From assembly GCF_000143415.4 (NCBI RefSeq), contig NW_003314278.1, forward strand, positions 2,190,408 to 2,254,407: a stretch of 64,000 bases of DNA, in the 5' to 3' direction. The stretch is from Selaginella moellendorffii (lineage: Eukaryota; Plantae; Lycopodiophyta). The notes beneath the pieces are model-generated. The model ran no database searches and had not been told where the DNA came from. It was given only the letters and a program-made list of their open reading frames with translations. Positions 1-12,981 of this stretch are shown here, one piece after another (position 1 is the first letter of the stretch; each line of letters begins with the position of its first letter). A program made the position numbers and the translations under genes.

Positions 1-260
1 ATGCAAGACCATTATCTAAGAGAATTTCATCTGTACAAAATTGTTACAATACCACTTCATTGAAGTGGAAGTATCTAATAATAGTCATAGATACATTAGC
101 AAAAGCACTAACTTCCACTTAGTGAGTCAAGTATTCAGAGGCAATAATGACATACTTGTTATAAGCAATTAACCATGGAAAAAACCCTATTAAATCAAAT
201 GCTACCAACTAAAAAAAATGTGAAACTACAATTGACTCCAACTGTCTTTTTATAGCATGA
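1..260 (-). mobile_element. Highly degenerate Ty3/gypsy integrase relic
   Basis: Minus-strand translation gives VAFDLIGFFP..NKYVIIASEYLTH*VEV and EILLDNG, which resemble the integrase core motifs, with stops. The surrounding DNA is very AT-rich and the boundaries are unclear. Confidence 0.6.
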
Positions 261-3249
261 GAGGGAGTATTATAAACTTAGCACTAGACACAGTTATACA
301 CTTACTGGATAATATTATATTACATCTTTAGGTAAAATAAAGATTTATGTAGCTTCTTAATCATATGATAATGTCCCATGTGCCCGTTTAGAATAGGAGA
401 GCCATAGTAAGCATATAGAAAGCATGGAATAAAGATTGAAACACCACTAACCATGAATGATTATTAGGATTAGTCCTCACAAAATAAATAAGGTCATCCT
501 TAAGGCAATATTAAGAATATAAATGCCAAAATGACAAATCATTAGCAAATGATGCAAGATTCTTAAACTCATCATGAAGTCTTCAGATTGACAATTTAAC
601 TTTTTGTAAAGAGAAGGTAAATTTTGTTCCATATTTTGTGGACACTAAACATTAAATATAACAACTGCTAACAATAAAAATTTACTAAGGTTGGAACAAC
701 AACTTCATCAAAAACAAAAGAAAAGAAGAGAAAAGAGCTAAAAAAATGTATCAATATCAACAATAGAATATCCTAGATGATGAACAATTTTAAAGTTATA
801 TATTTAAGACTTTAGAGCTTATTTAGCAATACAATCAATCAAGTTCTTTTACTTTAATAGTAAAGTAGCCAGCCTGAGAACCATGTAAATATGCATGAAA
901 CTTTTTGAAACCCTAAACTACTATTAAACACTCCTCAGTCATGAAGAAGTTGTCACGAATGTGATTATGTGTATTGAAAGTTATTTTTTAGCTAATTCTT
1001 ATAAATATTCTTTCTTTATTGACACAACAATAGAAGGTCGGTATTGTTATACCCTTTTCTAGTCTCCATTTAATTTAGTTGAGAAATTGGTCCTCGTATG
1101 TGCATTTAACCAGAAAAGTATAAAGACAGAATTCCTAAATGCTATTAGTCAAGTATACTTGACTTTGGTTAAAGAAACTCATTTGTTGGATTACACTTGC
1201 AATATTCTAGGGAATCTTACTCAAATGCTATATGATGACTATAGGGAATCACATCAAGCTCTGTTGTGCATAAGAACCCATAACCAAATTATTGTTAAAG
1301 GCTCTAATGTAATACTCTGTATCGGTAATTACTACAAGAAAAGGAACCAAATAGAATACAAAGAAAAGATAGGAAAGTGAAGAAGTTTTAGAGCTCTAGG
1401 ATCAAGGGAAAAAGATGTGAGGAAATTTAATCACAAAATTGAGAATTCAACCCTAGAAAAGTGGTAGAAAGAATTAAAAACAATGAAGAAAAAATAAAAA
1501 ACAAAGAAAAGAGCAATAATCCAAGAATAAAGCACTAATTAAGATTGTAGGTTTTGAGGTTTCTAAACTTCTAAAAAGTTTCTTAAATATCATTATCATG
1601 AATGTGACTTTAGGTGTTAAAATATACTTATCAACCAATCCTTATGGATACTTGTTTATTACTATCATGACGGTAAAAGATTGGTACAATTGGATTTCTT
1701 TATGAACCCCTTTTGTGCTAATGGAATTTACTGAATATCTCTATTGTACTTAAACCAAACTTGTGCTAGTGAAATTCACTAAATATCTCTAATGTACTTA
1801 AACCGAATAAATATAAAGATAGAATTCCTATAAAGGATATTGAGTGAATGACTACATCTTGAACAGAATTATAAATGCAGTGATTGTAGATCTAAATAAT
1901 CTAGATACGTTAAAATTATATAGTTTTTGTTATGTTTTATATTTTTGGTTCTTAAAGAATTGATGTTATACACTAGTCAATATGATCTTCTCGATTGAAG
2001 TTAACATTGAAACTTACTGCACAATAAAGTATTACCTATATCTGAATTACAATATTTAAAACTTGGTGTTTACTTTGTTTTTTTTAATTTTTTATTCTTA
2101 GATATCACATTTCTAGAGGTAAATTAGAGGTAGATAAATATATCAAATGACATCCTAACTCCTTGATTTTATGTGTTTTGATCATATATATATCTTTTTA
2201 TTATGAGTTTATTGAAGGAAGTTTGAATTTTCCCTCACTATGATAGTTTTTAATGGCATTTTTATATGGTTTTAGATGTGATTTTATATCAATTACCTGA
2301 AGTTGTTTTTAACTAGGTTAAGGTTATGTTGGTGCAAACTATATAAATAAAATAGTTAGAGAGCTTTAACAATATACCAAGAATCTACATATTTGAAATA
2401 TCTATCTTGCAATTCTTGGTGAGTGGTGTTAAGTCATTTTCTTACTTGCATAAATAAATAAACATTTTCAAGCATGTACAAGTTAAAAGATCATTTCTTT
2501 GCAATTTGAAATTGGTTACTATAGACTTATAACAACTCTACCAATATAGCAAAAATATATCACTATTCAACTTTTACAAATAAAAGATTGAGTATAAAAG
2601 AATTTAACTTTATTATAGATTGGATGGTTGAGTGTGATAGGAATAATTAATCACATTGTAATTTATTTAAATAGTCATATAGTCTATAAACTTTAAGTGG
2701 ATAATTATTCGAAACAATATATCAGTGAACAATAATCTAAGTTATACACTATGTGGGTTATTAAAAGTTATGTGAAAAAGCCATATGAAAGAATTGGTGC
2801 ACCAAAGTAAAAAAATACTATATAAAAATTTATAAATAATGCTATAAATTATATAAAAAAAATGATACCAAAAACTTACCACTTAGATAACTATATACCA
2901 ATTTACACTTTATACAAAAAACTATACAAAATCCAAAAATCACTTTATTTGGTTTGTTATATCACACATAAAGTGTGTTGTGGCACTAATCAATTTCACT
3001 CCAGCTTCATGAGCTTGTGAGAATAAATCATAAGCTACAAATGGGAAAATGAATTTTTTTTTTACCTATATGTATGCACTAGCATCCTTGGGAAGATAGT
3101 GACAATGCATGATAAATGTTAATAATATATAATATAAAATTGTGAGAGAGAATTTATTTATCAAAAAAGAAAACTTGATCTCTTCACTTATGAAAGTATT
3201 GAGCCAAAAGTAATAAATTTGTCCCAAAAACAAGATTTAAAATAATTTT

Positions 3250-4900
3250 TTTTCTTTTTTTATCTTCAAATAGTGATATGAAATGAAATGACACCATCTT
3301 TATTATTATTGTCGAACAAACCATTTAACAACAATTTTCTTTTATCTCATCATTTGCATTGGAAATGTTTCATTTATTAGCAATGAAGCAACCAAGTAAT
3401 GATCCTAAAATACAATGACTTTTAGAATATGTTTTTCTCTTTAGCAAGAAAGCCACTTCTATATCCTTCTCAGTCTCAAGAATATAAATAATTAATTTTC
3501 TTGAAAACAAACTCTCCATATCCTTCCGTGTGAGATTGAAAGAAAATTATAAGTTTATTAAATGTTATCCCACTTGTTTTTGGGTACACATAGAGGATGA
3601 TAAAGGCCAACAAACATCTAATAATTAATTTTGACATTTTGGCATGTCAAATAACTATGTATATACTTCTCAACATTTCCTAAGCTAAAAAAAATGTTTT
3701 TTCACCAATATACATATTCTCTATACCCCCAAATACCCAACACTTAACATATCATGACAATCAATTAATATTTATTTGATGAGTTTATAAACCACTATAA
3801 TTATATTCTTTATGCTCTATGCTTGTACCAAATGTAATGAACATCTTCTATAAAATCTCTTGCTAATGAGTAAGGTCGCCTTGAAGATCATTTTGATGAT
3901 TAAAATATTGAAGAGACTGATAGTCTAAATCCATATAAAAGTTTGATTCATATAAATAATATCACCATTCCTTCATAGTAGCAATCATGATATACAACTT
4001 CTTATCTTAAGTAGGCCAATTTTGTTGTATGGCATCAAACTTGTAGCTCATGTACAGCTAACTAAAACTAATATAGCCCCAATAAAAATATCACTTACAT
4101 TTATCTTGATTGCAAGAGGCTACTTAAGATAAAATTCTAACCATACCAAGGAAACTATGGTGATCATGTATTGTTAAAGGTATAGATCAATCAACCATAA
4201 CTTGGATTTTTGTAGGATTAATTCTTATACTATGCACTAAAATCAAATGCCTAAAATATTCAATCTCCTCTTAAAAAAACTCAGATTTGGATAACTATCT
4301 TTCAAAAGTTGTAAAATACTTCACACATACATTTTATATTCTTCCATTATACAGTTGAACATTAGAATATCATCAAAGTAATTGATCACAAACTTTCCAA
4401 AGTGTTAAACTTGATTCATCAATGCAGGAGCATTTGTTAAACTTCACCAAATACTTGTAATGACTTGTCCTTGTCTAGAATGCCATCTTTGAAACATCCT
4501 CCGGTTTGATATAAATTTGATGATACCCTTGCTTCAGATCAATCTTTGTAAAATATTAAACACCACAAATGTATTTACTACTATTAACTATTTTAAGAGA
4601 AAGAAACTTCCCCTTGTTGTCTATATCAAGTTTATCTTATATGATGTGTGAAGCTTCAATTAATTCCCCTTTACAAGAATTGTTAAATCTAGATGTGGTG
4701 ACACAAAGATGGCCATATGAATATAAATGATAAAGAAAATCATCAATATGGGGGATTGGGTAGATATTCTTCATTGTCTTATTATTAATCCCTTGTAGTT
4801 CATATAAAGACATTATATACCATCTTTATTTTTGACCATCACTAGTGAAACAGCCCAAAAAGACTTGTTTATTTGCGCTTCTAAAGGTATTTAACAAGCT
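3250..4900 (-). mobile_element. Degenerate Ty3/gypsy pol relic (RT and RNase H, possibly integrase)
   Basis: Minus strand reads VMVKNKDG..KNIYPIPHIDDF (about 4740-4860), KIDLKQGYHQIYIKPEDVSKMAF (about 4480-4550) and QQNWPT*DKKLY..KEW*YYLY..DYQSLQYF (about 3905-4040). Many stops are present. Confidence 0.8.
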
Positions 4901-5199
4901 ATTTATTGATTTACTCATTTTTAGGGGGATTAATATGAGTCAACTATCAATGATAAAGAGTAGCTCCAAGAACTAAGTAAATCTTATAGGCAACTCCAGA
5001 AAAATGTCATAAAACACCTTATAAATGCAATTCACACAAACCCTATACAAACATACTCCAACTCAAACATAATTATATTAGAAAGAAACAAGTATACCAT
5101 GAAAAAATTAGCTAACTTCACTAATTCTAAAGCATTAATCAATGGAATATCAAACCACCAACTTCAATATGCAAAATATTACACTCCCAATCAATCCCT

Positions 5200-7080
5200 A
5201 GCTTCCTGTCATAAACCCATTCCTTCCCAAGAATACATCATCATGGCTTCAGCAAGATTTATTAGCATGGTCCTTTCCAATTCAAACAGCATCTCCTTCA
5301 TCAGCTCTCCAGCCCAATGCAAAAGTGCTTGTCCCAAGAGATCGACAATGCCACATAGTGGTCTCTGAGTGGAGCGATTGCATAGTCAGCAACCATGGAT
5401 CTGAAGTACAGGAATGGCTGCAGGCTGTGAGAACACTGACAAAGGTAACCACGTTGGAGAAAATCCCGTGGAGTTCCATGGTTTTGTGGAACTTGAGCAC
5501 TTGGAGTGTATGCCCAGTCTGAGCATTCGACACCATGCTGTTCCAGGTGACCAAATCATGCTCTCATCCTTGCAAAAACCTCCATCGCTTGATCCACACG
5601 ACCAAATTGCCATACATGCTGATGTTCTGATGTCCGACAAGAAAATCTTTCCTGGAATCGTGGAGTGGATCAACTTGCCCTGCGCAAGATCAGGGATGGC
5701 AGCACAGGGATTCAGTGACAGAACAGGTGGCGGCATCAGGAGAATCAGCTTGAGCAACCGGAGAGCTTGGTGAGCATCGCCGCTGCGAGCGTTGGCACAG
5801 ATCATCACGTTCCAAGAGACAACGTTTCGATCCAGCATCCGCTCGAACCAGATGCTGGCCGTCTCAAGATCACCAGCCTGGTAGAATCCAACCAGCATCG
5901 ACGTCCAGGAGTTTACGCACCACTGAGGGATTATGAAGAACACTCGGCAAGGAATGTCCAGCTTCTTTGCGATCACGTATGCATGGAGGAGGCTGTTCCA
6001 GCTTATGTGGTTCCTCTCGACCATCGATTCAAAGCTCCTCTCGGCGTCGAGCACGGTTTCGTCCTGAGCAAACGCATGGAGCATGGCGTTGCAGGACACC
6101 ACATTGTGCTGTGGAGTTTTAGCGTGAGCCTCCCTCGCAGCGATCAAGTTTCCAGAGTCTCCAAATCCGACCAGCATGGTGTTCCAGGAGACGACGTCCC
6201 GAACAGGCATTCCATCAAACATCTCTTTTGGGTGATCCAGGTCGCGACAGTGAACATACGCCGCAAGCATACAATTCCAGCACACAACGTCCTTCTATGA
6301 GAGGCTGTCAAAGACGCTCTTCGTGACTTGCATGTTTCCATCCTGAAATAATAGAGCCGTGCTGGCAATAACGCTTTTCGAGCCCATCATCTGATAAAAG
6401 CGCCTCGCTTGTTCCAGATGCCCAGAGCGGGCAAAAGCCCTCGATCATCACAGTCCATGACACTTCATCCTTTTCAGGGCTGTTCTTCATCACTGCTTGA
6501 TCTAAGTCACCTTCTTGAGCATAGGCTGAGTTCCAGGACACGACATGGTGCTCGGGCATTCTGTCAAAGGCTTCACGAGCAGAGACCATCCCGGGTATAC
6601 GCCGAAACGATAGAGTTCCAGGACACCAAGCTGGTAATTGGCATCTTGTCAAAGAGAGACAAGCTTTCACAAAGGCGACCGAAGTTGGAAAACGCAAATG
6701 CCAGCGCGTTCCAAGACACCACGTCTCATTCCGGAGACAAATCAAACAAGATCTTCGTCGGGTACGGATGCCCATAATGGGCATTTGCTCCAAGAACAAC
6801 GTTCCAAGAGACAGGATTCCACTGTGGCATGATATCAAGAATCTCTTTAGCTTGGGTGGTGCTGGAGGAGTGAAAAATGAGGAGAAAGTTCCAGGAGTAG
6901 ATGTTCTTGACATGGATGGCCTGGAATGCGCTGCACGCGTCGTCATCGTAGCCACATTTGCCATACATGTCCACCGGCAAGTTTCCCAGGTACGTCTCTT
7001 GCAACTCTTCTCCAGACTTGTGCCAGATCCAAAGATTGCACCAGGGCCAGCAGCTGCACCGCTTGATCGCCTCCAATGAA
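5200..7080 (-). pseudogene. Frameshifted PLS/E-class PPR pseudogene
   Basis: PPR motifs (DMYGKCG, MPxxxVVSWN, TFVSVLTACSH and an E-domain-like DLLGQA) are scattered over at least four reading frames. Confidence 0.85.
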
Positions 7081-7224
7081 TTCCGGAGAGATACTTTCTA
7101 GTCAGTATCTTGCTTCAAAGCATATAGTGGTCATATAGGGGAACTTTGCTTCTAGCGTTCCGTTACTTTGATGACGTGGCTGTATCAGAATAGAAGAACA
7201 GAAAAAATAATAAGAGTATTGGCA

Positions 7225-7285
7225 CGAATCTTCCAGATTTGTCAATAGAACTTACCAGATATCTGCCACTCTGCGAGGTATAAAT
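7225..7285 (+). promoter_or_regulatory. Heat-shock elements and TATA box of the small HSP gene
   Basis: cGAAtcTTCcaGAt at 7225-7238, aGAActTACcaGAt at about 7247-7260, and TATAAAT at 7279-7285, about 95 nt before the ATG. Confidence 0.7.
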
Positions 7286-7376
7286 GGGCGTGGAGCTCTT
7301 CCAAGCCTCCATTAGCTTCGTTTTAAGCTATCGATTTTACAGTCTCTCCTAGCTTTCAAGTAAGTAGATTGAGGTG

Positions 7377-7826
7377 ATGGCGCTCTTCTTCTACGGCAAT
7401 GACAATGGTGTCTTCGATCCCTTCCTGGAGCTCTCGTCCATCTTGTCCGGCGGCGGCGGCAACGAGCCCTCCAAGCAGGTAGCCAGGGACGCGAGCGCCG
7501 CCGCCAACACCCGCGTGGATTGGCTGGAGACGCCCGACGCGCACGTCTTCAAGGTGGATCTCCCAGGGCTGAGCAAGGAGGAGGTGAAGATCACGGTGGA
7601 GCACGGGCGCACGCTCCAGATCAGTGGCGAGAGGAAGATGCACGAGGCCCAGAAGACCGACAAGTGGCACCGGGTGGAGCGCCTGTTTGGCAGCTTCATG
7701 CGGAAGTTCCGGCTGCCCAAGAACGCCAACACGGAGGCGATCAAGGCCCAGGTGGAGAACGGGGTTCTCACTATCGTCGTTCCAAAGACTGCCAAGCCGG
7801 AGCCGAAACAAATCCAGGTGGAGTAG
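7377..7826 (+). CDS. Small heat-shock protein (HSP20/alpha-crystallin, class I-like)
   Basis: Intronless ORF with RVDWLETPDAHVFKVDLPG, WHRVER and ENGVLTIVVPK. The ATG is at 7377. Confidence 0.95.
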   Translation: MALFFYGNDNGVFDPFLELSSILSGGGGNEPSKQVARDASAAANTRVDWLETPDAHVFKVDLPGLSKEEVKITVEHGRTLQISGERKMHEAQKTDKWHRVERLFGSFMRKFRLPKNANTEAIKAQVENGVLTIVVPKTAKPEPKQIQVE

Positions 7827-7984
7827 AGCTCGTGGAGTACCTAGAGCTCGCGGACGAGAAGAAAACTCTGCCTTGTATAGAGCAGTGTTGAAAACTGTAT
7901 AGAGCTTGCTTTTCGAGTTTTTAAGATGGGTGTCTCCATCCTTGGTTCTCAGAAGATTTTCAGCACTGGAACTGGGACTGGAAT

Positions 7985-8215
7985 GCTCGATCGTTCCAAA
8001 AATCTTCCTCCCAAGGATTTGACGAGGCAGCCTCTTCCGGGTGTGGAGCCATCTTTCATACTCGATCGTTCCAAACTCATTTGACAGCGTATCTCTTTGG
8101 AGGCGGAGCCATCGTTCATACTCGATCGCTCGAAGCGTTTTCTTCCAGGTTCGTCCACTCAAAAACAGAGTTTGACATAGCAGCCTCTTCCAAAGTCTTG
8201 GATGTGGAGCCATCG
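7985..8215. repeat. Short imperfect duplications at the PPR 3' end
   Basis: CTCGATCG(T/C)TC occurs three times. GGAGCCATC..TTCATACTCGATCG recurs with a 60-nt period, and 8020-8052 copies about 8170-8212. Confidence 0.6.
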
Positions 8216-10394
8216 GGGAGAAAGCCTCTCGCCACCATCTCGTCATACATCGCCATCGCCTCGGCAACCCGGCCCCCATGGATCATGCTCACAATCAGTT
8301 TCCTGTACGCGAAATCGTCCAGCGCAACGCCCTGGCCTCGCATCGCATCCAGCACCACGCAAGCATCGTCCATCCGGTCGCTCTTGCACAGGCCATCGAT
8401 GAGCGAAGTATACACCACCACGTTTGGAGCGTGCCTCTTCCTGCTCATCTCCACGACCAGGCTCCACGCGTCGTCCACTCTTCCCACCCGGCACAGCCCA
8501 AAAACCACGCTCCCCAGCGTCACGTCGTTTGGAAAACACCCGAGGCTCGCCATCTCGTCCGCTAAGTCACAAGCTTCTCTCACTCGGTTCGCCTTGCACA
8601 GCCCATCGATCAAAGTGTTGTAAGTCACCACGTCGGGGACGTAGCCCCGAGCGACCAGGTCCGAGATCAAGCTCACGGCCTTGGAGATGCTGCCGTCCTT
8701 GATCAGCCCACCGAGAACGATGTTGTACGTGAAGAGCGGCGGAACCATGTTGATGGAGACCATCTCTGCGAGGATTTCCCTGGCCTTGTGGACGTTCCCG
8801 GCCCTGCAGTAGCCGCTCACCAGGCTGCTGTACATCACCACTCCTGTTCTACATCCCCGGACGCTCATCTCTTTGACGAGCTTGTGAGCCTCTTCGATCT
8901 CTCCCGACTTGCACAGGCCGTCGACCAGGCTCGTGTAGGCGATCACGTCGGGAATGTAGCCTTGGCGTACGATCTCTTCCAAGAGATAGAACGCGACTTG
9001 GACTTGTCCCACCCGGCATAGCCCGTTGACGAGGATGGTGTACGTGATCACGTCCGGGAGGATGTTCTCCCGGCACATCTCTTCCAAAACTTCCAGAGCC
9101 CGCGGGAGCATGCCGGCCTTGCAGAAGCCATCGAGCAGGGTATTGAAAGTGACCAAGTCCGGGCTGCAGCTCATGGTTTTGAGGATTTCGGCTGCCTCGA
9201 CGACCCTGCCGGCCACACACAGCGCGTGGATGATGCTGTTGTACGTGATCACATCGGGAGCCGGGCCTGCGAGCTTCATGCCGTCCAAGATCTCGAGAGC
9301 TTCTTCAACATCGCCATCTTTGCAGATCCCGCTCACGAGTATGTTGCAAGTCAGCACGTCGGGGTTGATCCCCGCGGCTTTCATCTTCTCTCGGAACTCG
9401 CACACCTCTCGGATCCTGCTAGCTCGGTAGAACGCGTTGATCAGCGTATTGTAAGTCACAATGTCGGGAGCACTCTTCCCTCCTCTCCGGATCATCTCCT
9501 CCAGCAGCTCTCTCGCTTTTTCCAGGTTTCCACTTTTGCACAAGCCACTTATAACCGTGTTGTACGTGAAGATGTCCGGATTCACTCTCGAGCTCTCCAT
9601 ATTCTCAAACAACTTCACTGCTTGATCCGGATTCCCGTCCTTGAATAGGCCATGAATGAGAAAGTTGAAGATGTAAACGTCTGGAGCAACTGAAAACTCA
9701 TCGAGAGCGCGGAGAAACTCCAGTGCTCTCGTCGCTTGTCCTGCCTTGCAGTTCCCGCGGATCAAAATCTTGAAAGTCACCAGGTTTGGCGAGCAGCCAC
9801 TGTGAAGCAAATCCTTGTAGACTTTCCCTGTTCTAAACTGGTGTCCACTCTTGACGAGGATATCCAAAAGATGGTTGTAGGAGTGGACGTCGTGCTTGTA
9901 TCCGTCCTGTTCTCCGGCCCAGTCGAAGAACTGGATAGCCAGATCCGGCCTGGAAGATCTTCTCATGACAGCCACGACCACATCCGGGTCCAAAAGCCGC
10001 GAGCATCCATCCAGGAGCTTCCGAAGATCATCGCCCGGCCTCTTCCTTCTCAGCAGCGACGAGATAAGTTCCACGGAGCTCTTGTGGATCTCAAACTCTT
10101 CCGAGGTGTAAGTCCTGATGTACGCCTGGAGCGCTTCGCTGGAAGAACTCCTCTGGCTGCCGCTGTTAGCTCGAGCCTGGATTCGAGAAGCCGCGCCCTT
10201 GAATCGGAATGCCGCGAAATGGCCCTTGGCGGAGCACTGGAAGCAGCGTTTGTGATTGTTCTTTGGATTTCTCGCGGCATTTGGAGATGGATGCTTCCTG
10301 CCGAGGCAATCCATCCGGAATGTAGGGTGGAAGGAACATACCTGGACGAGCGAGGGAAAACCAAAACCCTAAACCGCAAGAACTCCATGGCCAT
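8116..10394 (-). CDS. P-class pentatricopeptide repeat protein
   Basis: Long array of 35-aa P motifs (PDVVTYNTLIDGLCK). Probable exon 1 at 10394-10342 (MAMEFLRFRVLVFPRSSR, transit-peptide-like) joins in frame through a 44-nt GT-AG intron at 10341-10298. Confidence 0.93.
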
Positions 10395-10523
10395 GCTTTA
10401 ACCACGTAAGAAGTATTTTGGATATAAACCAGTGGCGAGAGATTTTTTGCCCTCGTCCTCGCGAGAGCGAAAGAGAGCGAGGGCGATTGTCAAGGCGGCA
10501 ATGCTGCCGATTGAGGCAGAGCG

Positions 10524-11990
10524 ATGACGCATTTGCGATCGCATCTGGCGCCATTGCAACAGATTCGTGCTCATGCCGATCTACAGAAGGTAATCTCGAT
10601 TCTTCTGACACCGACATTCTCCGGAGAGAGAGAGAATCTCTTGCGCTTCTCTTGCTCAGTGCTCGCCGCCGAGAATCACTTCCAACGTCAAGACGAGCTT
10701 GAAGCTTCTCACAATGCTCAAGGTACTATAGGCAGCTCTCGTGAGAGAGAGTTTCTACCGTGTGATTCTATCTCTACGCTGTCGTTCTCTTTTCAGGAGC
10801 TTGGAAACAACGCAAACAAACAAGCCAAGCCAGCCACAAGCTACAGGAAGAAAAAGGTGGACAAGAAGAGCTTGCCTGAGGATTTTGAGAGCTACGAGGA
10901 TCCGGCAACACAAGTGATCGAGTAAGATGTTTGAGCTAGAAGTTTTTCTGGTGAGCTGGGGAATTCTTTCTCACGATACTTTCCCTGTGATCCAATCCAG
11001 CTGCGGGAAAGAAATCACCATAATTAAACCGGTGCTTCTCGTGGATGGATACAACATGTGTGGCGTCTGGCCCAAGCTAAAGAAACACTTCGCAAGAGGT
11101 GATCTTCTCAGTGCGCGAGAGAAGCTTATTGACGAGCTCGTCACCTTCGGCGCAGCAAGAGGTCTCTCTTGTTTTGTTTTCTCTTCTTTATAACCGCAGC
11201 CCTCGTTCTAGCTGGCAGGAATGAAAGTGGTGGTTGTTTTCGATGCAAAGGAATCGGGTCTGCCATCACACAGAGAATCCAGAGCAAGGTAGACTCCACT
11301 CGACCTCTTTCTATTCCTTTTGGTTTCTTTTTTTGTCCTCTGGGATTTGATTACGCTTTGTTTCTGCAGTGTTGACATCGTGTTTGCGGCCGACGCTTGC
11401 GCCGATTCATGGATCGAGCGTGAGGTACTTTAGATGATTCCTGCATCATGGCTACATAAATTTCCGCTTTGACTGATATCTTTCGGCAGGTCTACTTGTT
11501 GAGAGACGACGGCTGCCCCAAGATCAGAGTCGTAACGTCCGATTCCCTTCATCAGCAGGTTGCAAACGGCGCGGTAAATTCGTGAAAGTCAGAGAACAAA
11601 ACAATGGCTTATTTTCTGCAAAGATTCTTACTGGTTTTTTTCTCGGGTCTTTGACAGGGTGCGTATGTATGGAGCTGCAAAGGTTTGATTGGAGAGGTGA
11701 GACGCTCACCTCAGCTTTAAAGCCAATGGCTTTTTAAGTTCCTGAGCGTTTCAGTTTGCTTGTTTAGATCAAGGACGTGAGGAAAGAATTGGAGCAGCTG
11801 TTACATTCCGACAGGTGATGTTTATATCAGCAAGCGCATTGAGTCAATCACCCAATCTAACATTGTGACTTTTAGGCCATACTCGATGGAAGGCAAATTG
11901 CTAGAACACAACTTATCCCCCGACGTTTTCACCTCGCTCCAGGCGCTCAAGCAAAGGCTCAAGATGGAAGAAGAGCTACAAAAAACATAA
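10524..11990 (+). CDS. YacP-like NYN-domain protein (multi-exon)
   Basis: Spliced exons give PPRITSNVK, TSYRKKKV, PVLLVDGYNMCG, KVVVVFDA, CADSWIERE, DGCPKIRVVTSD and EGKLLEHNL, ending TAA at 11990. The start codon is tentative. Confidence 0.88.
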
Positions 11991-12981
11991 CAAAAACAAA
12001 AAAGATCCCCCCGGCTAACGGTATATTCCACGCCCGCTGGTTATTGGAGCATATTCCGTCAGATTCCCCCCAAAGCCCTAGAATTTTTAGCTAAGCCGGC
12101 GCTGGCGGATCCACACGGCATTATCCGCGCGCGAATGCGCAACTTGCGACATCCGTGGCAGTAGCACAGCAGCGATCATCAATCGCGCAATGAGGAGGTG
12201 AGGAAAGAGGGTGAATGCTGAGTGGGCCAAGCCAAGCAAGCAACAAATCGTCAGTGGCGGCAGCTCGATTGGTTCCATTCTAGTGGAGCACGGCCACATG
12301 CTTCACTGCTGGCTACATCGCTACAGGTCAGCTCCTCTCTGGGCCTTGATCTTCGCATTTCTTACCATTGCTTTAATCAAATTCTTGGGTCTTTCTTGTT
12401 TGGGGCTTGATTATTTCTTACCTTTCGTTCTTGGTGTTCTTGCTTATCAACTATAGTTCTTTCTCTAACATTCGCTGTGCTCCAGTCCAGCGAATGATTT
12501 TATTTTAATCTCCTTGCTGGTGGATTCAGAAAGCTGTGTTCCAGTGAATGATTTGTTTTAATCTCCTTGCTGATGGATTGGCTCGTTCTTTTTCTCCCTT
12601 TTTTTTTTTTTTTTTTGCTTGGGTCAGGGAATCTCTCGCCTATAAGGAGGAGCTACTTTGTGTGTGTGGCGCTAGTGCTGGTACAGCACACAGTCAAACA
12701 TGAGGGTAGCCTCATCATTTTCGGTAAGTTCCCCGTTGGCCCTCCTCTTTTTCTCTCCATGGTTTCTTCTAGGAAGTAGCGACAAGTTCTCAAGCTCACG
12801 TTTTCCTTCCGCTCGACTTAACAGGACGGTGTAAGATGGGTGAGCTGCACCAACAGGGCATTTTTGCCTGACCCGTTGAGGCGGCGAAGAAGATGCTCCC
12901 GTTTGGAGTGAAGAAGACGGAGATGGCTAGCAGAAAGGAGTGAGGGGCGTTCTTCCTCTCTTTCTCTCCTGCTCTACAAGC

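Noticed and set aside
1713-1805. About 47-bp tandem duplication
   Set aside because: It has only two copies within decayed repeat DNA, with no sign of function.
4560-4730. About 155-nt insert in the old RT relic as another intron
   Set aside because: No GT-AG boundaries can be recovered and the sequence is too decayed.
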